From Arenimonas sp. (GTDB lineage Bacteria > Pseudomonadota > Gammaproteobacteria > Xanthomonadales > Xanthomonadaceae): a stretch of DNA of 64,000 nucleotides. The stretch spans positions 27,701-91,700 of the forward strand of contig NZ_DATGBO010000042.1 of assembly GCF_035312645.1 (NCBI RefSeq), given 5' to 3'. The position numbers were made by a program, and so were the translations under genes. Position 1 is the first letter of the stretch, and each line of letters starts with the position of its first letter. Below are positions 32,498 through 43,429 of this stretch, piece by piece. Below the pieces are notes generated by a model. It was not told where the DNA came from, ran no database searches, and worked only from the letters and a program-made list of their open reading frames with translations.

Positions 32498-34663
32498 ATG
32501 GATGTTTCCTATCTGCTCGATGATCTCAATGCCGCCCAGCGCGAGGCGGTTTCCGCGACCCCCGGCCACTACCTCGTGCTCGCAGGTGCGGGCTCGGGCA
32601 AGACGCGCGTGCTCACGCATCGCATCGGCTGGTTGAACCAGGTCGTCGGCGTGCCGGCGCACGGCATTCTCGCGGTCACCTTCACCAACAAAGCCGCAGC
32701 GGAAATGCGCGTCCGCGTCGATGCGCTGCTCAATGGCGGAATGCGCGGCATGTGGGTCGGCACCTTCCACGGCCTCGCGCATCGACTGCTGCGCCTGCAC
32801 TGGCAGGAAGCCGGATTGCCGGAGTCATTCCAGGTGCTCGATGGCGACGATCAATTGCGCCTGATCAAGCGCATCGCCAACGATCTCGAACTCGACGATG
32901 GTCGTTTTCCACCACGGCAACTGGTGTGGTGGATCAACGCCCAGAAAGACGAAGGCCACCGCGCGAAACACATCCAGGTGCCGGGCGGCGACTTTTTCAC
33001 CAAGACGATGCTGCGCGTCTATGAGGAATACGAACAGCGCTGTCAGCGCGCGGGCCTGGTGGATTTCGCCGAGATCCTGCTGCGCGCGCACGAGTTGTGG
33101 CTGGAACATCCGGTCCTGCTGCAGCACTACCAGCAGCGCTTCCGGCAGATCCTGGTCGACGAATTCCAGGACACCAACAGCATCCAGTACGCCTTCATCC
33201 GCGTACTCGCCGGCGAGACCGGGCAAGTGTTCGTGGTCGGCGACGACGACCAGTCGATCTACGGCTGGCGCGGCGCAAAGGTCGAGAACATGCAGCGTTT
33301 CCTGCGCGATTACCCGAACGCAAGCACGATCAAGCTCGAGCAGAATTACCGCTCCAGCGGCAACATCCTCGCCGCCGCGAACGCGGTGATCGGCCACAAC
33401 CCCGAGCGCCTCGGCAAGCAACTGTGGACAGCCGACGGCGAAGGCGAGCTGATCGATCTCTATGCCGCCTACAACGAAGTCGACGAAGCGCGCTTCGTGG
33501 TCGAGCGCATCCGCGCGCATGTCAGCGACGGCGGCCACGCTGCCGAATGCGCGATTCTTTACCGCAGCAATGCGCAATCGCGGGCGATGGAAGAGCAGTT
33601 GCAGATGACCGGCATGCCGTACCGCGTCTACGGCGGCCAGCGCTTCTTCGAACGCATGGAAATCAAGGACGCGATGGCGTATCTGCGTCTGGTCGCGAAT
33701 CGCGACGATGATGCGGCATTCGAGCGCGCGGTGAACACGCCGACGCGCGGCATCGGCGATCGCACGTTGGACGAGGTGCGGCGCGTGGCGCGCGCCAATG
33801 CGATTTCGCTATGGCGGGCAACGGAGCAGTTGGCCGATGGCAGCGCACTCGCCGGTCGCGCGCGCAACGCGATCAAGGGCTTTCTCGAACTGATCGCCGT
33901 GCTTGCGCAGGCAACGCCGACGCTGCCGTTGCACGAACAATTCGATCACGTGCTGGAACGCTCGGGCTTGCGCGCGCACTACACGGCCGAATCGAAAGGC
34001 CAGCTCGATTCGCGCACGGACAACCTCGATGAACTGGTATCGGTCGCGAGTCGCTTCGAGCGCCGCGACGACGAGGCCAGCGAGAGCATGAGCGAACTCG
34101 TCGCCTTCCTCGCCTACGCCGCGTTGGAAGCCGGCGAAGGTCAGGCCCAGGATGGCGAGGACGGCGTGCAGCTGATGACCTTGCACAGCGCGAAAGGCCT
34201 GGAGTTTCCGCTGGTGTTTCTGGTCGGGCTCGAAGAAGGTTTGTTCCCGAGCAACCGCTCCAGCGAAGAAAGCGGACGACTCGAAGAGGAACGCCGTCTC
34301 GCCTATGTCGGCCTGACCCGTGCACGCCAGAAGCTCACGCTCAGTTACGCCGAATCGCGGCGACTGCACGGCATGGAAATGATCGGCATGCCGTCGCGTT
34401 TCCTGCGGGAAATTCCCGCGGCGCTGCTGCATGAAGTGCGACCGAAGGTGAACGTCTCACGTCCCGGATTTTCACCCCGTTACGAAGAATCGCCTGCCGC
34501 TGGCGCCCTCCGTCTGGGCCAGCGCGTTCATCACGCGAGTTTCGGCAACGGCATCGTGATGGACAGCGAAGGCAGCGGCGCGCATGCGCGCGTGCAGGTC
34601 AATTTCGAGGATGCCGGCCCGAAGTGGCTGGTGCTCGCCTACGCGAATCTGGCGCCGGCGTAA
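32498..34663 (+). CDS. uvrD: DNA helicase II
   Basis: LAGAGSGKTRVL, TFTNKAA, LVDEFQDTN, VGDDDQSIYGWRGA, LEQNYRS, TLHSAKGLEFP, EEERRLAYVGLTRA. Confidence 0.95.
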   Translation: MDVSYLLDDLNAAQREAVSATPGHYLVLAGAGSGKTRVLTHRIGWLNQVVGVPAHGILAVTFTNKAAAEMRVRVDALLNGGMRGMWVGTFHGLAHRLLRLHWQEAGLPESFQVLDGDDQLRLIKRIANDLELDDGRFPPRQLVWWINAQKDEGHRAKHIQVPGGDFFTKTMLRVYEEYEQRCQRAGLVDFAEILLRAHELWLEHPVLLQHYQQRFRQILVDEFQDTNSIQYAFIRVLAGETGQVFVVGDDDQSIYGWRGAKVENMQRFLRDYPNASTIKLEQNYRSSGNILAAANAVIGHNPERLGKQLWTADGEGELIDLYAAYNEVDEARFVVERIRAHVSDGGHAAECAILYRSNAQSRAMEEQLQMTGMPYRVYGGQRFFERMEIKDAMAYLRLVANRDDDAAFERAVNTPTRGIGDRTLDEVRRVARANAISLWRATEQLADGSALAGRARNAIKGFLELIAVLAQATPTLPLHEQFDHVLERSGLRAHYTAESKGQLDSRTDNLDELVSVASRFERRDDEASESMSELVAFLAYAALEAGEGQAQDGEDGVQLMTLHSAKGLEFPLVFLVGLEEGLFPSNRSSEESGRLEEERRLAYVGLTRARQKLTLSYAESRRLHGMEMIGMPSRFLREIPAALLHEVRPKVNVSRPGFSPRYEESPAAGALRLGQRVHHASFGNGIVMDSEGSGAHARVQVNFEDAGPKWLVLAYANLAPA

Positions 34664-34665
34664 TT

Positions 34666-34708
34666 CGCGTACCGGACGAGCGCGAACTCGTCCGGTAGCG
34701 AGGCGCGA
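34666..34708. terminator. Hairpin between convergent uvrD and kinase genes
   Basis: TCGCGTACCGGACGAG-CGCGAA-CTCGTCCGGTAGCGA inverted repeat without a U-tract. Confidence 0.5.
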
Positions 34709-36568
34709 TCATTTCTTGCCGATGCTCTCGACCACGCGGTCGAGATTGCTTTCCAGTGCCTGCTGCACCTTGGCTTCGGCATTGAGCGTGGTGTAGTCGA
34801 TCTTCGAGCGGATGCCGGTACTCAGCGGACGACCGCCGCGACCGAATGGACGCACGCTGAGATACGCGGAGGTAAGGCTGGCGGTCTGGCCGTAGAAGCT
34901 GATGTCCTGGCTGCCGATGCCCTCGGCACGCACGCGGATGACCACGTCGGCACGGCCCGCGCTCTGCACGAGATGCAGGCCAGCGCCCGAGAGTTTTTCC
35001 TCGATCATCTGTTCGGCGGGAATGACCAGCGCGGGATCGCCCGAGCTTTGCACGATGAAGGTACGCGCACCGGTCAGGGCGGCGCCGGCGGCATCGTCGC
35101 GCAACTCGGCGCGCTCTTCGCCGCGCTGCGCCACGGCATCACGCAGCGGATGCGGACGCTCGCCGACCGGCGTTGCCGCGAGCGATGGCGTCATCGCGGC
35201 TGTCGCCGTGTTTCCGGTGCCTGGGGTTTGCGCCGTCGTCGTATTCGCCGCAGCGGTAGCATCCGTCACAGGCGGAACCGGTGGTGCGGGCACGGCCGGC
35301 GTGGCAGCCGATGTTGTCGCAGCGGTGGTCGCGGATGCGGTCGTTGCGGGCATCGCCGATGCCGCGCTGGTATCGACCACCGGTACCGGTGCGGTCGCGA
35401 CGACATCGGGCGGCGTCGCGCTGGTGCCGAAAATCTTTCCGCGCAGTGCCCAGGCGCCGCCAGCCAGCAGCAGGAGCAACAGGCTCAACCCGGCCCACAA
35501 TGGCGCGCGCGAAGGCCTCGCGGGCGGCGGCGATACCGAGGGCGGCTGGGTGATGCCGGGTTGGGTCTTGTTTTCAACCGCCGCCGTCGCAACTGCGGGC
35601 GCGACGGTGGGCGCACCCACCGAAGGCGGCGGCGTCGGTGCGCGCATGCCGATGCCGGGAGTGACCGGCGTGGCCATGCCGATCAAGGTGGCGGCCGGGC
35701 CGCTGGGAGCAGCGGTCTTGATGCTGAGCGGACCGCCGACGGAAACCAGCGGGTGCTTTTCCAGATCGGCGATCAGCTCATGCGTGCTCTGGTAGCGATC
35801 GGCGGGATCCTTGGCGAGCATCCTGGCGAGAATCGCCGCGACTTCCGGATCGACGGTGGAATTGATTTCACGCACATCGGGAATTTCCGACTGCACGACA
35901 TCGAGCATCAGCTTGAGCGGGCTCTCGTCGGAGAACGGCGTGCGGCCGGTCAACGACTCGAACAGCACGATGCCGAGAGCGAAAATATCCGAGCGCTGGT
36001 CGACGGCCTTGCCCAGGCAGACTTCCGGCGAGAGATAGCCGGGCGTGCCGACGAATTCGCCGGTGCCGGTGAGCTTGCTGTTGAAATCGTGATTGGCGAG
36101 CGCGATGCCGAAATCGGCAATCTTCACCTGGCCGCGTTGGCTGAGCATCAGGTTGGCGGGCTTGATATCGCGATGGATCACGCCGCGGTCGTGGGCGACC
36201 GACAGGCCCTGCGCGGATTGATGCAGGATCTTGAGCGCGTCGCCGACGGTGAGGCGACCTTCGCGCTTGAGCAGCCCCGAAAGCGATTCGCCGTCCACGA
36301 ACTCCATCACGAAGAACGGCTGCTCGTTTTCCTGGCCAATGAAATAGATCTGGATGATGTGCGGATCGTTGAGCGAGGCCATCGAGCGCGCCTCGCGCAG
36401 GAAGCGCTCGACCAGCAAAGCGTCGTGGGCCAGCGACGGCGCCAGCTCCTTGATCGCGACGTAGCGCGTCAACGCCGGCTCATAGCCTTTGTAAACCACG
36501 CCCATTCCGCCCCGACCCAGCTCGGCGACAATTTCGTAATGACCAACCCGCGTCTTCATGAACTGCAT
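34709..36568 (-). CDS. Hanks-type Ser/Thr protein kinase with transmembrane helix and periplasmic C-terminal domain
   Basis: LGRGGMGVVY, VAIKEL, HRDIKPAN, DFG, GTPGYLSPE, SDIFALG; A/P/T-rich linkers around LWAGLSLLLLLLAGGAWAL. Confidence 0.92.
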   Translation of the reverse strand: MQFMKTRVGHYEIVAELGRGGMGVVYKGYEPALTRYVAIKELAPSLAHDALLVERFLREARSMASLNDPHIIQIYFIGQENEQPFFVMEFVDGESLSGLLKREGRLTVGDALKILHQSAQGLSVAHDRGVIHRDIKPANLMLSQRGQVKIADFGIALANHDFNSKLTGTGEFVGTPGYLSPEVCLGKAVDQRSDIFALGIVLFESLTGRTPFSDESPLKLMLDVVQSEIPDVREINSTVDPEVAAILARMLAKDPADRYQSTHELIADLEKHPLVSVGGPLSIKTAAPSGPAATLIGMATPVTPGIGMRAPTPPPSVGAPTVAPAVATAAVENKTQPGITQPPSVSPPPARPSRAPLWAGLSLLLLLLAGGAWALRGKIFGTSATPPDVVATAPVPVVDTSAASAMPATTASATTAATTSAATPAVPAPPVPPVTDATAAANTTTAQTPGTGNTATAAMTPSLAATPVGERPHPLRDAVAQRGEERAELRDDAAGAALTGARTFIVQSSGDPALVIPAEQMIEEKLSGAGLHLVQSAGRADVVIRVRAEGIGSQDISFYGQTASLTSAYLSVRPFGRGGRPLSTGIRSKIDYTTLNAEAKVQQALESNLDRVVESIGKK

Positions 36569-36776
36569 CCCTTCCCGTTGACCGCATGGTAGACCCGCGT
36601 TCCCTGCACGGGAAGCAAGGGCCGGAACCCCGCGAGTGGGCCGGAAAAGTGCTTCCGGCGACATGTGCTGTTACGCATTCGAATGCCCTGGACGGCCGTT
36701 TTCGCGACCTTTTTCCCACTGCGGCGTCGAAAAACCGGCCTTTGCCGCGACAGGAGAACGCGACCCTATCCAAATT

Positions 36777-36792
36777 TGTGACGCACGTCACA
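36777..36792. promoter_or_regulatory. CRP/Clp-type binding site upstream of the kinase
   Basis: TGTGA-CGCACG-TCACA preceded by AAATT; exact match to the TGTGA-N6-TCACA consensus. Confidence 0.65.
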
Positions 36793-36934
36793 GAGTGTTT
36801 TATGGGGGATCCACCACTCCCGACCCGCCAGTCGAGCCGAAAAGAGTGCGGCTGAACTCATCGGAAGGCCGCTGAGTGTGCCGGCGGCGGCACGCACGCA
36901 ACGCTCGCAACGCAAAGCAGCGCGAATATTCTCC

Positions 36935-37384
36935 TCAGCGCTGATAGACATCCGGCCGGTAGCGCTCCATGAAGCGCTCGGGTCGGCTTAACGGAGCGAA
37001 ATCATGCTGCGCATAGAGCCCGTGCGCATCGGCGGTGGCGAGCAGGAAGCGGCGCAGGCCCTGCAGGTCAGGATGGGCATCGATCGCCCGCAGCATCGCC
37101 TTGCCCACGCCCACACCACGCGCGTCGGGCAGCACGAAAACATCGCAAAGATAGGCGAAGGTCGCGCGATCGCTGACCACACGCGAAAAGCCGACGAACT
37201 TCCCGTCCAGCAACGCACTGAAACACAGCGAGTTTGCGATCGCCGCTTCAACCACCGGACGCGGCACGCCACGGCACCAATACGAATCCTTGCTGAGGAA
37301 ATCGTGCACGACGTCGATATCGATGTCGGCGGCATCGACGCTGATACGCAGAGCCGCAGTCATCGTCATCGCATTCGCTGTCAT
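36935..37384 (-). CDS. GNAT family N-acetyltransferase
   Basis: VGFSRVVSD, AYLCDVFVLPDARGVGVGK, ADAHGLYAQHDF; exact start uncertain (37363-37384). Confidence 0.85.
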   Translation of the reverse strand: MTANAMTMTAALRISVDAADIDIDVVHDFLSKDSYWCRGVPRPVVEAAIANSLCFSALLDGKFVGFSRVVSDRATFAYLCDVFVLPDARGVGVGKAMLRAIDAHPDLQGLRRFLLATADAHGLYAQHDFAPLSRPERFMERYRPDVYQR

Positions 37385-37508
37385 GGGCGTGATCGCTTCC
37401 TGGCGTCGGACCGAATCGGCGATGCTCCCGACGAGCCGGAAGCATCGCAAAAGCCGCCAGCCGCCTCAAGAGCCTTAGAATCCCGATATCGCCGCAACGA
37501 GCACCGCC

Positions 37509-40265
37509 ATGACCCGCCTTGTCCTGATCGACGGCTCCTCCTATCTGTATCGCGCATTCCATGCGCTGCCGCCGCTGACTGCGCCTGACGGTTCGCCGAC
37601 CGGCGCGCTGTTCGGCATCGTCAACATGCTGCGCGCAACGCTGAAGGAAAACCCCGACTACGCCGCTTTCGTCGTCGATGCTTCCGGTCCGACCTTCCGC
37701 GATGCGATGTATCCCGAGTACAAGGCGAATCGCCCGACGATGCCCGACGATCTGCGCGCGCAGGTCGAGCCGATGATGAAGATCGTCGAGGCACTCGGCT
37801 TCCCCATCCTGCGCGTGGGCGGCGTTGAAGCCGACGATGTGATCGGTACGTTGGCGTTGCAGGCGCACGCCGAAAACATTCCAGTGATGATCTCGACCGG
37901 CGACAAGGATTTCGCGCAACTCGTGCGCCCGGGCATCACCCTGACCAACACGATGACCGGCAGCTTGTATGACGAGGCCAAGGTCTTCGAGAAGTTCGGC
38001 GTGCGCCCCGACCAGATCATCGATTACCTGTCGCTGATGGGCGATACCGTCGACAACGTGCCCGGTGTCGACAAATGCGGGCCGAAAACCGCCGCGAAAT
38101 GGCTGGCCGAATACGGCACGCTGGCGGCGGTGATGGAGCATGCCGACAAGATCAGCGGCAAGATCGGCGAGAACCTGCGCGCGGCGCTGCCGCGTCTGCC
38201 GCTGAGCCGTGATCTGGTGACGATCAAGACCGACGTGCCACTCGATCTCACGCCAAAACAACTGAAACTTCGCGAGCGCGACCAGGTCGCGTTGCGTGAG
38301 CTGTTCACGCAATACGGATTTCACGCCGCGCTGCGCGAGCTCGATGGTGGCACAGCGACGGGCGGTGGCGCAGCGGCCGGCGGCAAGCCGAAGCCATCGT
38401 TCCAGGCCGCGACAACTTCAACGGAAGCCGAAACGCCGGATGCCGCGCTGTCGGTCAAGGGCGAGTATGAAACCATCCTTACGCTCGCGCAGCTCGATGC
38501 CTGGGTGGAAAAAATTCGCGATGCCGATTTGATTTCCTTCGACACCGAAACCGACGCGCTGGATCCGATGCGCGCGAATCTCGTTGGCATCAGTCTCTGT
38601 GTTCAAACCGGTCGCGCCGCCTACCTGCCGCTTGGCCATGATTTTCCCGGCGCGCCGACGCAGTTACCGATGGCTGAAGCGCTGGATGCGTTGCGGCCGA
38701 TTCTCGAAGACGCCGGCAAGCGTAAGGTCGGTCAACACGGAAAATACGATCTGCATGTGCTGCGTCGCCACGGCATCGCCGTCCAGGGCTACGCCGAAGA
38801 CACGATGCTGGAAAGCTTCATCTGGAACGCCGGCATCCAGCGTCACGACATGGATTCGCTGGCGACAAAATACCTGGGCTACACAACCATCCGCTACGAG
38901 GAAGTTGCCGGCAAGGGCGCCAAGCAGATCAAGTTCTCGCAGGTCGCTCTGGAAGAAGCGACAGCCTACGCGGCCGAGGATGCCGACATCACGTTGCGTC
39001 TGCACCAGGTGTTGTCGGCGAAACTGGCAAGCGTTCCGTCGCTGGAAAAAGTCTACCGTGAGATCGAGATGCCGCTGGTGCCGGTGCTCGAACGCATGGA
39101 AGCGACCGGCGTGATGATCGATGCGACGGAGTTGCGCCGGCAAAGCGTCGACCTGTCGCAGCGCATGCTGGTCGCGCAACAGCGCGCCACCGAACTGGCA
39201 GGCCGCACCTTCAATCTCGATTCGCCCAAGCAGATCGGCGCGTTGTTGTTCGATGAACTCAAACTCCCGGCGCTGGTGAAGACACCGACCGGCGCGCCCT
39301 CGACCAATGAAGAGGCGCTGGAAGCGATCGCCGACCAGCACGAATTGCCGCGCCTGATCCTCGACTACCGCGGTCTCGCAAAACTGCGCAGCACCTACAC
39401 CGACAAATTGCCGGAGATGGTCAATGCTGTGACCGGTCGCGTGCACACCAGCTATCACCAGGCCGGCGCCGCCACCGGTCGCCTGAGCTCGAACGATCCG
39501 AACCTGCAGAACATTCCGATCCGTACCGAGGATGGGCGCCGCATCCGCCGGGCTTTCGTCGCACCTGCGGGGCGCAAGATCGTCGCCTGCGACTACTCGC
39601 AGATCGAGCTGCGAATCATGGCGCACCTGTCCGAAGATCCCGGTTTGTTGAAAGCCTTCGCAAGCGGCCAGGACGTACACCGCGCGACGGCGGCGGAGGT
39701 ATTCGGCGCCACGCTGGAAACCGTCACCAGCGATCAGCGCCGCGCCGCCAAGGCGATCAATTTCGGGCTGATGTATGGCATGAGTGCCTTCGGGCTGGCG
39801 CGCCAGCTCGGCATCGGTCGTGGCGAGGCGCAGGATTACATCGCGCTTTATTTCGCCCGCTATCCCGGCGTGCGCGACTTCATGGAACGCGTGCGGCAAC
39901 AGGCGCGCGCCGATGGTTTTGTCGAAACCGTATTTGGCCGCCGCCTGTATCTGGCCGAGATCCATTCTAAGAATCAGGGCCAGCGCGCCGGCGCCGAACG
40001 CGCGGCGATCAACGCGCCGATGCAAGGCACCGCCGCCGACATCATCAAGCGCGCGATGGTCCGCGTCGACGAATGGCTGCAGCCGCATTCAGCGCGCGCG
40101 CTGATGCTGATGCAGGTTCACGATGAACTGGTGTTCGAGGTCGACGGCGATTTCGTCGATACGCTATTGCCCGCGGTGCGATCGCGCATGGAGTCCGCGG
40201 CGCAATTGCGTGTGCCATTGGTCGTGGATGTCGGCGTCGGCGAAAATTGGGACGAAGCGCATTGA
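37509..40265 (+). CDS. polA: DNA polymerase I
   Basis: LIDGSSYLYRAFHA, EADDVIG, SFDTET, ATGRLSS, DYSQIELR, AKAINFGLMYG, QVHDELVFE. Confidence 0.97.
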   Translation: MTRLVLIDGSSYLYRAFHALPPLTAPDGSPTGALFGIVNMLRATLKENPDYAAFVVDASGPTFRDAMYPEYKANRPTMPDDLRAQVEPMMKIVEALGFPILRVGGVEADDVIGTLALQAHAENIPVMISTGDKDFAQLVRPGITLTNTMTGSLYDEAKVFEKFGVRPDQIIDYLSLMGDTVDNVPGVDKCGPKTAAKWLAEYGTLAAVMEHADKISGKIGENLRAALPRLPLSRDLVTIKTDVPLDLTPKQLKLRERDQVALRELFTQYGFHAALRELDGGTATGGGAAAGGKPKPSFQAATTSTEAETPDAALSVKGEYETILTLAQLDAWVEKIRDADLISFDTETDALDPMRANLVGISLCVQTGRAAYLPLGHDFPGAPTQLPMAEALDALRPILEDAGKRKVGQHGKYDLHVLRRHGIAVQGYAEDTMLESFIWNAGIQRHDMDSLATKYLGYTTIRYEEVAGKGAKQIKFSQVALEEATAYAAEDADITLRLHQVLSAKLASVPSLEKVYREIEMPLVPVLERMEATGVMIDATELRRQSVDLSQRMLVAQQRATELAGRTFNLDSPKQIGALLFDELKLPALVKTPTGAPSTNEEALEAIADQHELPRLILDYRGLAKLRSTYTDKLPEMVNAVTGRVHTSYHQAGAATGRLSSNDPNLQNIPIRTEDGRRIRRAFVAPAGRKIVACDYSQIELRIMAHLSEDPGLLKAFASGQDVHRATAAEVFGATLETVTSDQRRAAKAINFGLMYGMSAFGLARQLGIGRGEAQDYIALYFARYPGVRDFMERVRQQARADGFVETVFGRRLYLAEIHSKNQGQRAGAERAAINAPMQGTAADIIKRAMVRVDEWLQPHSARALMLMQVHDELVFEVDGDFVDTLLPAVRSRMESAAQLRVPLVVDVGVGENWDEAH

Positions 40266-40389
40266 TGAAACCGCCTACACCACGGCGCGCGTCTAGTCTC
40301 TAAACGCTGACTGAATCGCACGAAATCTTAACGATGCGATTCACGAACTTCTCATCGCGCGGGTGTTCATATGAGCCGCAACGGATGCA

Positions 40390-40504
40390 ACGTCCGTTGT
40401 TGGATCAACTCCCTCCCCTGAGGTGATCCTGATGAAGCCGGCTTTCCCCAGCCCGCTTCAACCCCCGGGCCCCGCAAGCTTCCCCTGGCTTGCGGGGCTT
40501 TTTT
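40390..40504 (+). ncRNA. Putative sX13-like small RNA
   Basis: Downstream of polA; three hairpins each with a C-rich (CCCC) loop; the last ends in a U-tract; 5' end is estimated. Confidence 0.7.
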
Positions 40505-40526
40505 ATTGCCGCGATTTTTCCTGTCT

Positions 40527-41563
<1,037 letters not shown>

Positions 41564-41581
41564 CTATAATCCCGGCAATCA

Positions 41582-42547
41582 ATGACCAGTCCACCTGCCG
41601 CCAGCGCCCGCCTGCGCATCACCCACACCGACGACGGCGACGCCCTCATCCGCTTCGATTTCGGATCCGGCCCGGCCTCGCCCCTGCGCATTCCCTGCCC
41701 CGCCCTTGGCGCGTCAGGACTGTGCGAAACCTGGCATGGCGGCGAGATCACCGAATCGGCGGAAACCTGCGGCGCCGCTTGGGCGCATGGCGAGCACTAC
41801 GCTCTGGTCGCGATCAGCGTCGAAGAGGTCGGGGGCGATGTCGAGCACGCCGCCGAACTCGCCTACGAGCGCCTGCTCACCTGCGTGCGGCCCTCGGCGC
41901 ATCCGTTCCTGCTGCGCATCTGGAATTATTTCGGTGCGATCAACGACGGCGATGGTGATGGCGAACGTTATCGCCGTTTCTGCGTCGGCCGCGCGCGCGG
42001 TGTCGACGGCATGTTCAACGATCCGCCACCGGCCGCGACCGCGATCGGCGGCGATATCGACCCCGATGGCGCGGCGTGCGTGCAGGTCATCGCGCTATGC
42101 GCACGCGCGCCGGCGATCGCGCTGGAAAATCCGCGACAGACGCCGGCCTGGCGTTATCCGCGCGAATTCGGACCGGTCTCGCCGGGTTTCTCGCGTGGCG
42201 CTCTGCTCGATGCCGACACTGATCGTCCACGCCTGCTCGCCTCGGGCACGGCCAGCATCGTCGGCCATGTCTCGCAGCATGTCGGCAACGTCGCCGCGCA
42301 ACTGCGCGAGAGCCTCGCCAACCTGGATTCGTTGCTTGCCGAGGGCGAGAAGAAGTGCGGCCGCGCGTTTCCGCTGGTCAATTGCGAAACGCTACGCGTC
42401 TATCTGCGCCATAGCGACGACCTGGTGCTCGCGCAGGCTGTCATTCGTGATTCGGGCATTCCTGCCGAGCAGGTGCTTTACCTGCGTGGCGACGTCTGTC
42501 GACGCGAGCTGGACGTGGAAATCGAAGGCGTGTTCGTCGCGGCGTGA
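41582..42547 (+). CDS. FkbO/Hyg5-family chorismatase-like protein (XanB2-like)
   Basis: LLRIWNY, RYRRFCVGRA, PAATAIG, ENPRQ..AWRYP..FGP.SP.FSR, SGTASIVGH, DVCRRELDVEIEG. Confidence 0.78.
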   Translation: MTSPPAASARLRITHTDDGDALIRFDFGSGPASPLRIPCPALGASGLCETWHGGEITESAETCGAAWAHGEHYALVAISVEEVGGDVEHAAELAYERLLTCVRPSAHPFLLRIWNYFGAINDGDGDGERYRRFCVGRARGVDGMFNDPPPAATAIGGDIDPDGAACVQVIALCARAPAIALENPRQTPAWRYPREFGPVSPGFSRGALLDADTDRPRLLASGTASIVGHVSQHVGNVAAQLRESLANLDSLLAEGEKKCGRAFPLVNCETLRVYLRHSDDLVLAQAVIRDSGIPAEQVLYLRGDVCRRELDVEIEGVFVAA

Positions 42548-42628
42548 TGGCGTCGATGGCCATTTCGATTTCGATGGGTCTGAAAGCCCGACCATCACTA
42601 TCCCTTCGATTTCATTGTCGTGAAGAAA

Positions 42629-42650
42629 TCGCGGTCATGCCCGTTCCTGC
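42629..42650. repeat. Solo degenerate REP arm
   Basis: TCGCGGTCATGCCCGTTCCTGC, close to 32435-32456. Confidence 0.55.
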
Positions 42651-42661
42651 GAAGCAAATCT

Positions 42662-43429
42662 TCAGTTCAACTCGACCCACACCGGCGCGTGATCGCTTGG
42701 ACGATCCCAGGTGCGCGGCTCGCGATCGATCACCGCGCCGATGCAGCGCGACTTCAGCGCCTCGCTGATCAGCGCGAAATCGATGCGCAGTCCGAGATTG
42801 CGACGGAAGCCCGCGGCGCGGTAATCCCACCAGCTGAAATGCCCGCCCTCGCCGCTGTGCAGGCGGAAGCTGTCGTGCAGACCGAGATCGATCAAGCGGC
42901 TCAGTGCAGCGCGTTCGGCGGTCGAGGTCAGGATGCTGTCGTCGTTCCAGATGGCGGGGTCATGCACGTCGCGGTCATCGGGGGCGATGTTGAAATCGCC
43001 GAGCACCACGAGCTCGGGATGTGCCTTGATTTCCTGCGCCAGCCAGCCATGCACGGCATCCAGCCAGCGCAGTTTGTAGTCGTATTTCTCGGTGCCGATA
43101 TCCTGGCCGTTGACCACGTACAGATCGACGATGCGGATGCCGGCGACGGTCGCGGCAATCACGCGTTTCTGTTCGTCCTCGAAGCCCGGAATGCCGATCT
43201 GCACCTCGGTCGCCGGCGTTCGGCTCAGGATTGCCACGCCGTTGTAGGTTTTCTGCCCTGAAAACACGCTGCGATAACCGAGCTCGGCGAGCGCACTGTC
43301 GGGAAAGCGGCTGTCCTCGAGCTTGGTTTCCTGCAACGCGACCACGTCGGGGGCGCGCAGTTTGAGCCATTCCTCGAGATGTGGCAGGCGCACGTTGAGC
43401 GAGTTGACGTTCCAGCTGGCGATCTTCAT
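42662..43429 (-). CDS. xth: Exodeoxyribonuclease III
   Basis: MKIASWNVNS, ALQETK, YNGVAILSR, LGDFNIAP, FSWWDYR, GLRID, SDHAPV. Confidence 0.93.
   Translation of the reverse strand: MKIASWNVNSLNVRLPHLEEWLKLRAPDVVALQETKLEDSRFPDSALAELGYRSVFSGQKTYNGVAILSRTPATEVQIGIPGFEDEQKRVIAATVAGIRIVDLYVVNGQDIGTEKYDYKLRWLDAVHGWLAQEIKAHPELVVLGDFNIAPDDRDVHDPAIWNDDSILTSTAERAALSRLIDLGLHDSFRLHSGEGGHFSWWDYRAAGFRRNLGLRIDFALISEALKSRCIGAVIDREPRTWDRPSDHAPVWVELN

Noticed and set aside
36569-36776. Possible riboswitch in the long, hairpin-rich kinase leader (also considered for 14134-14524)
   Set aside because: No c-di-GMP, SAM, TPP or cobalamin consensus motifs could be matched by eye; an Rfam scan would be needed.
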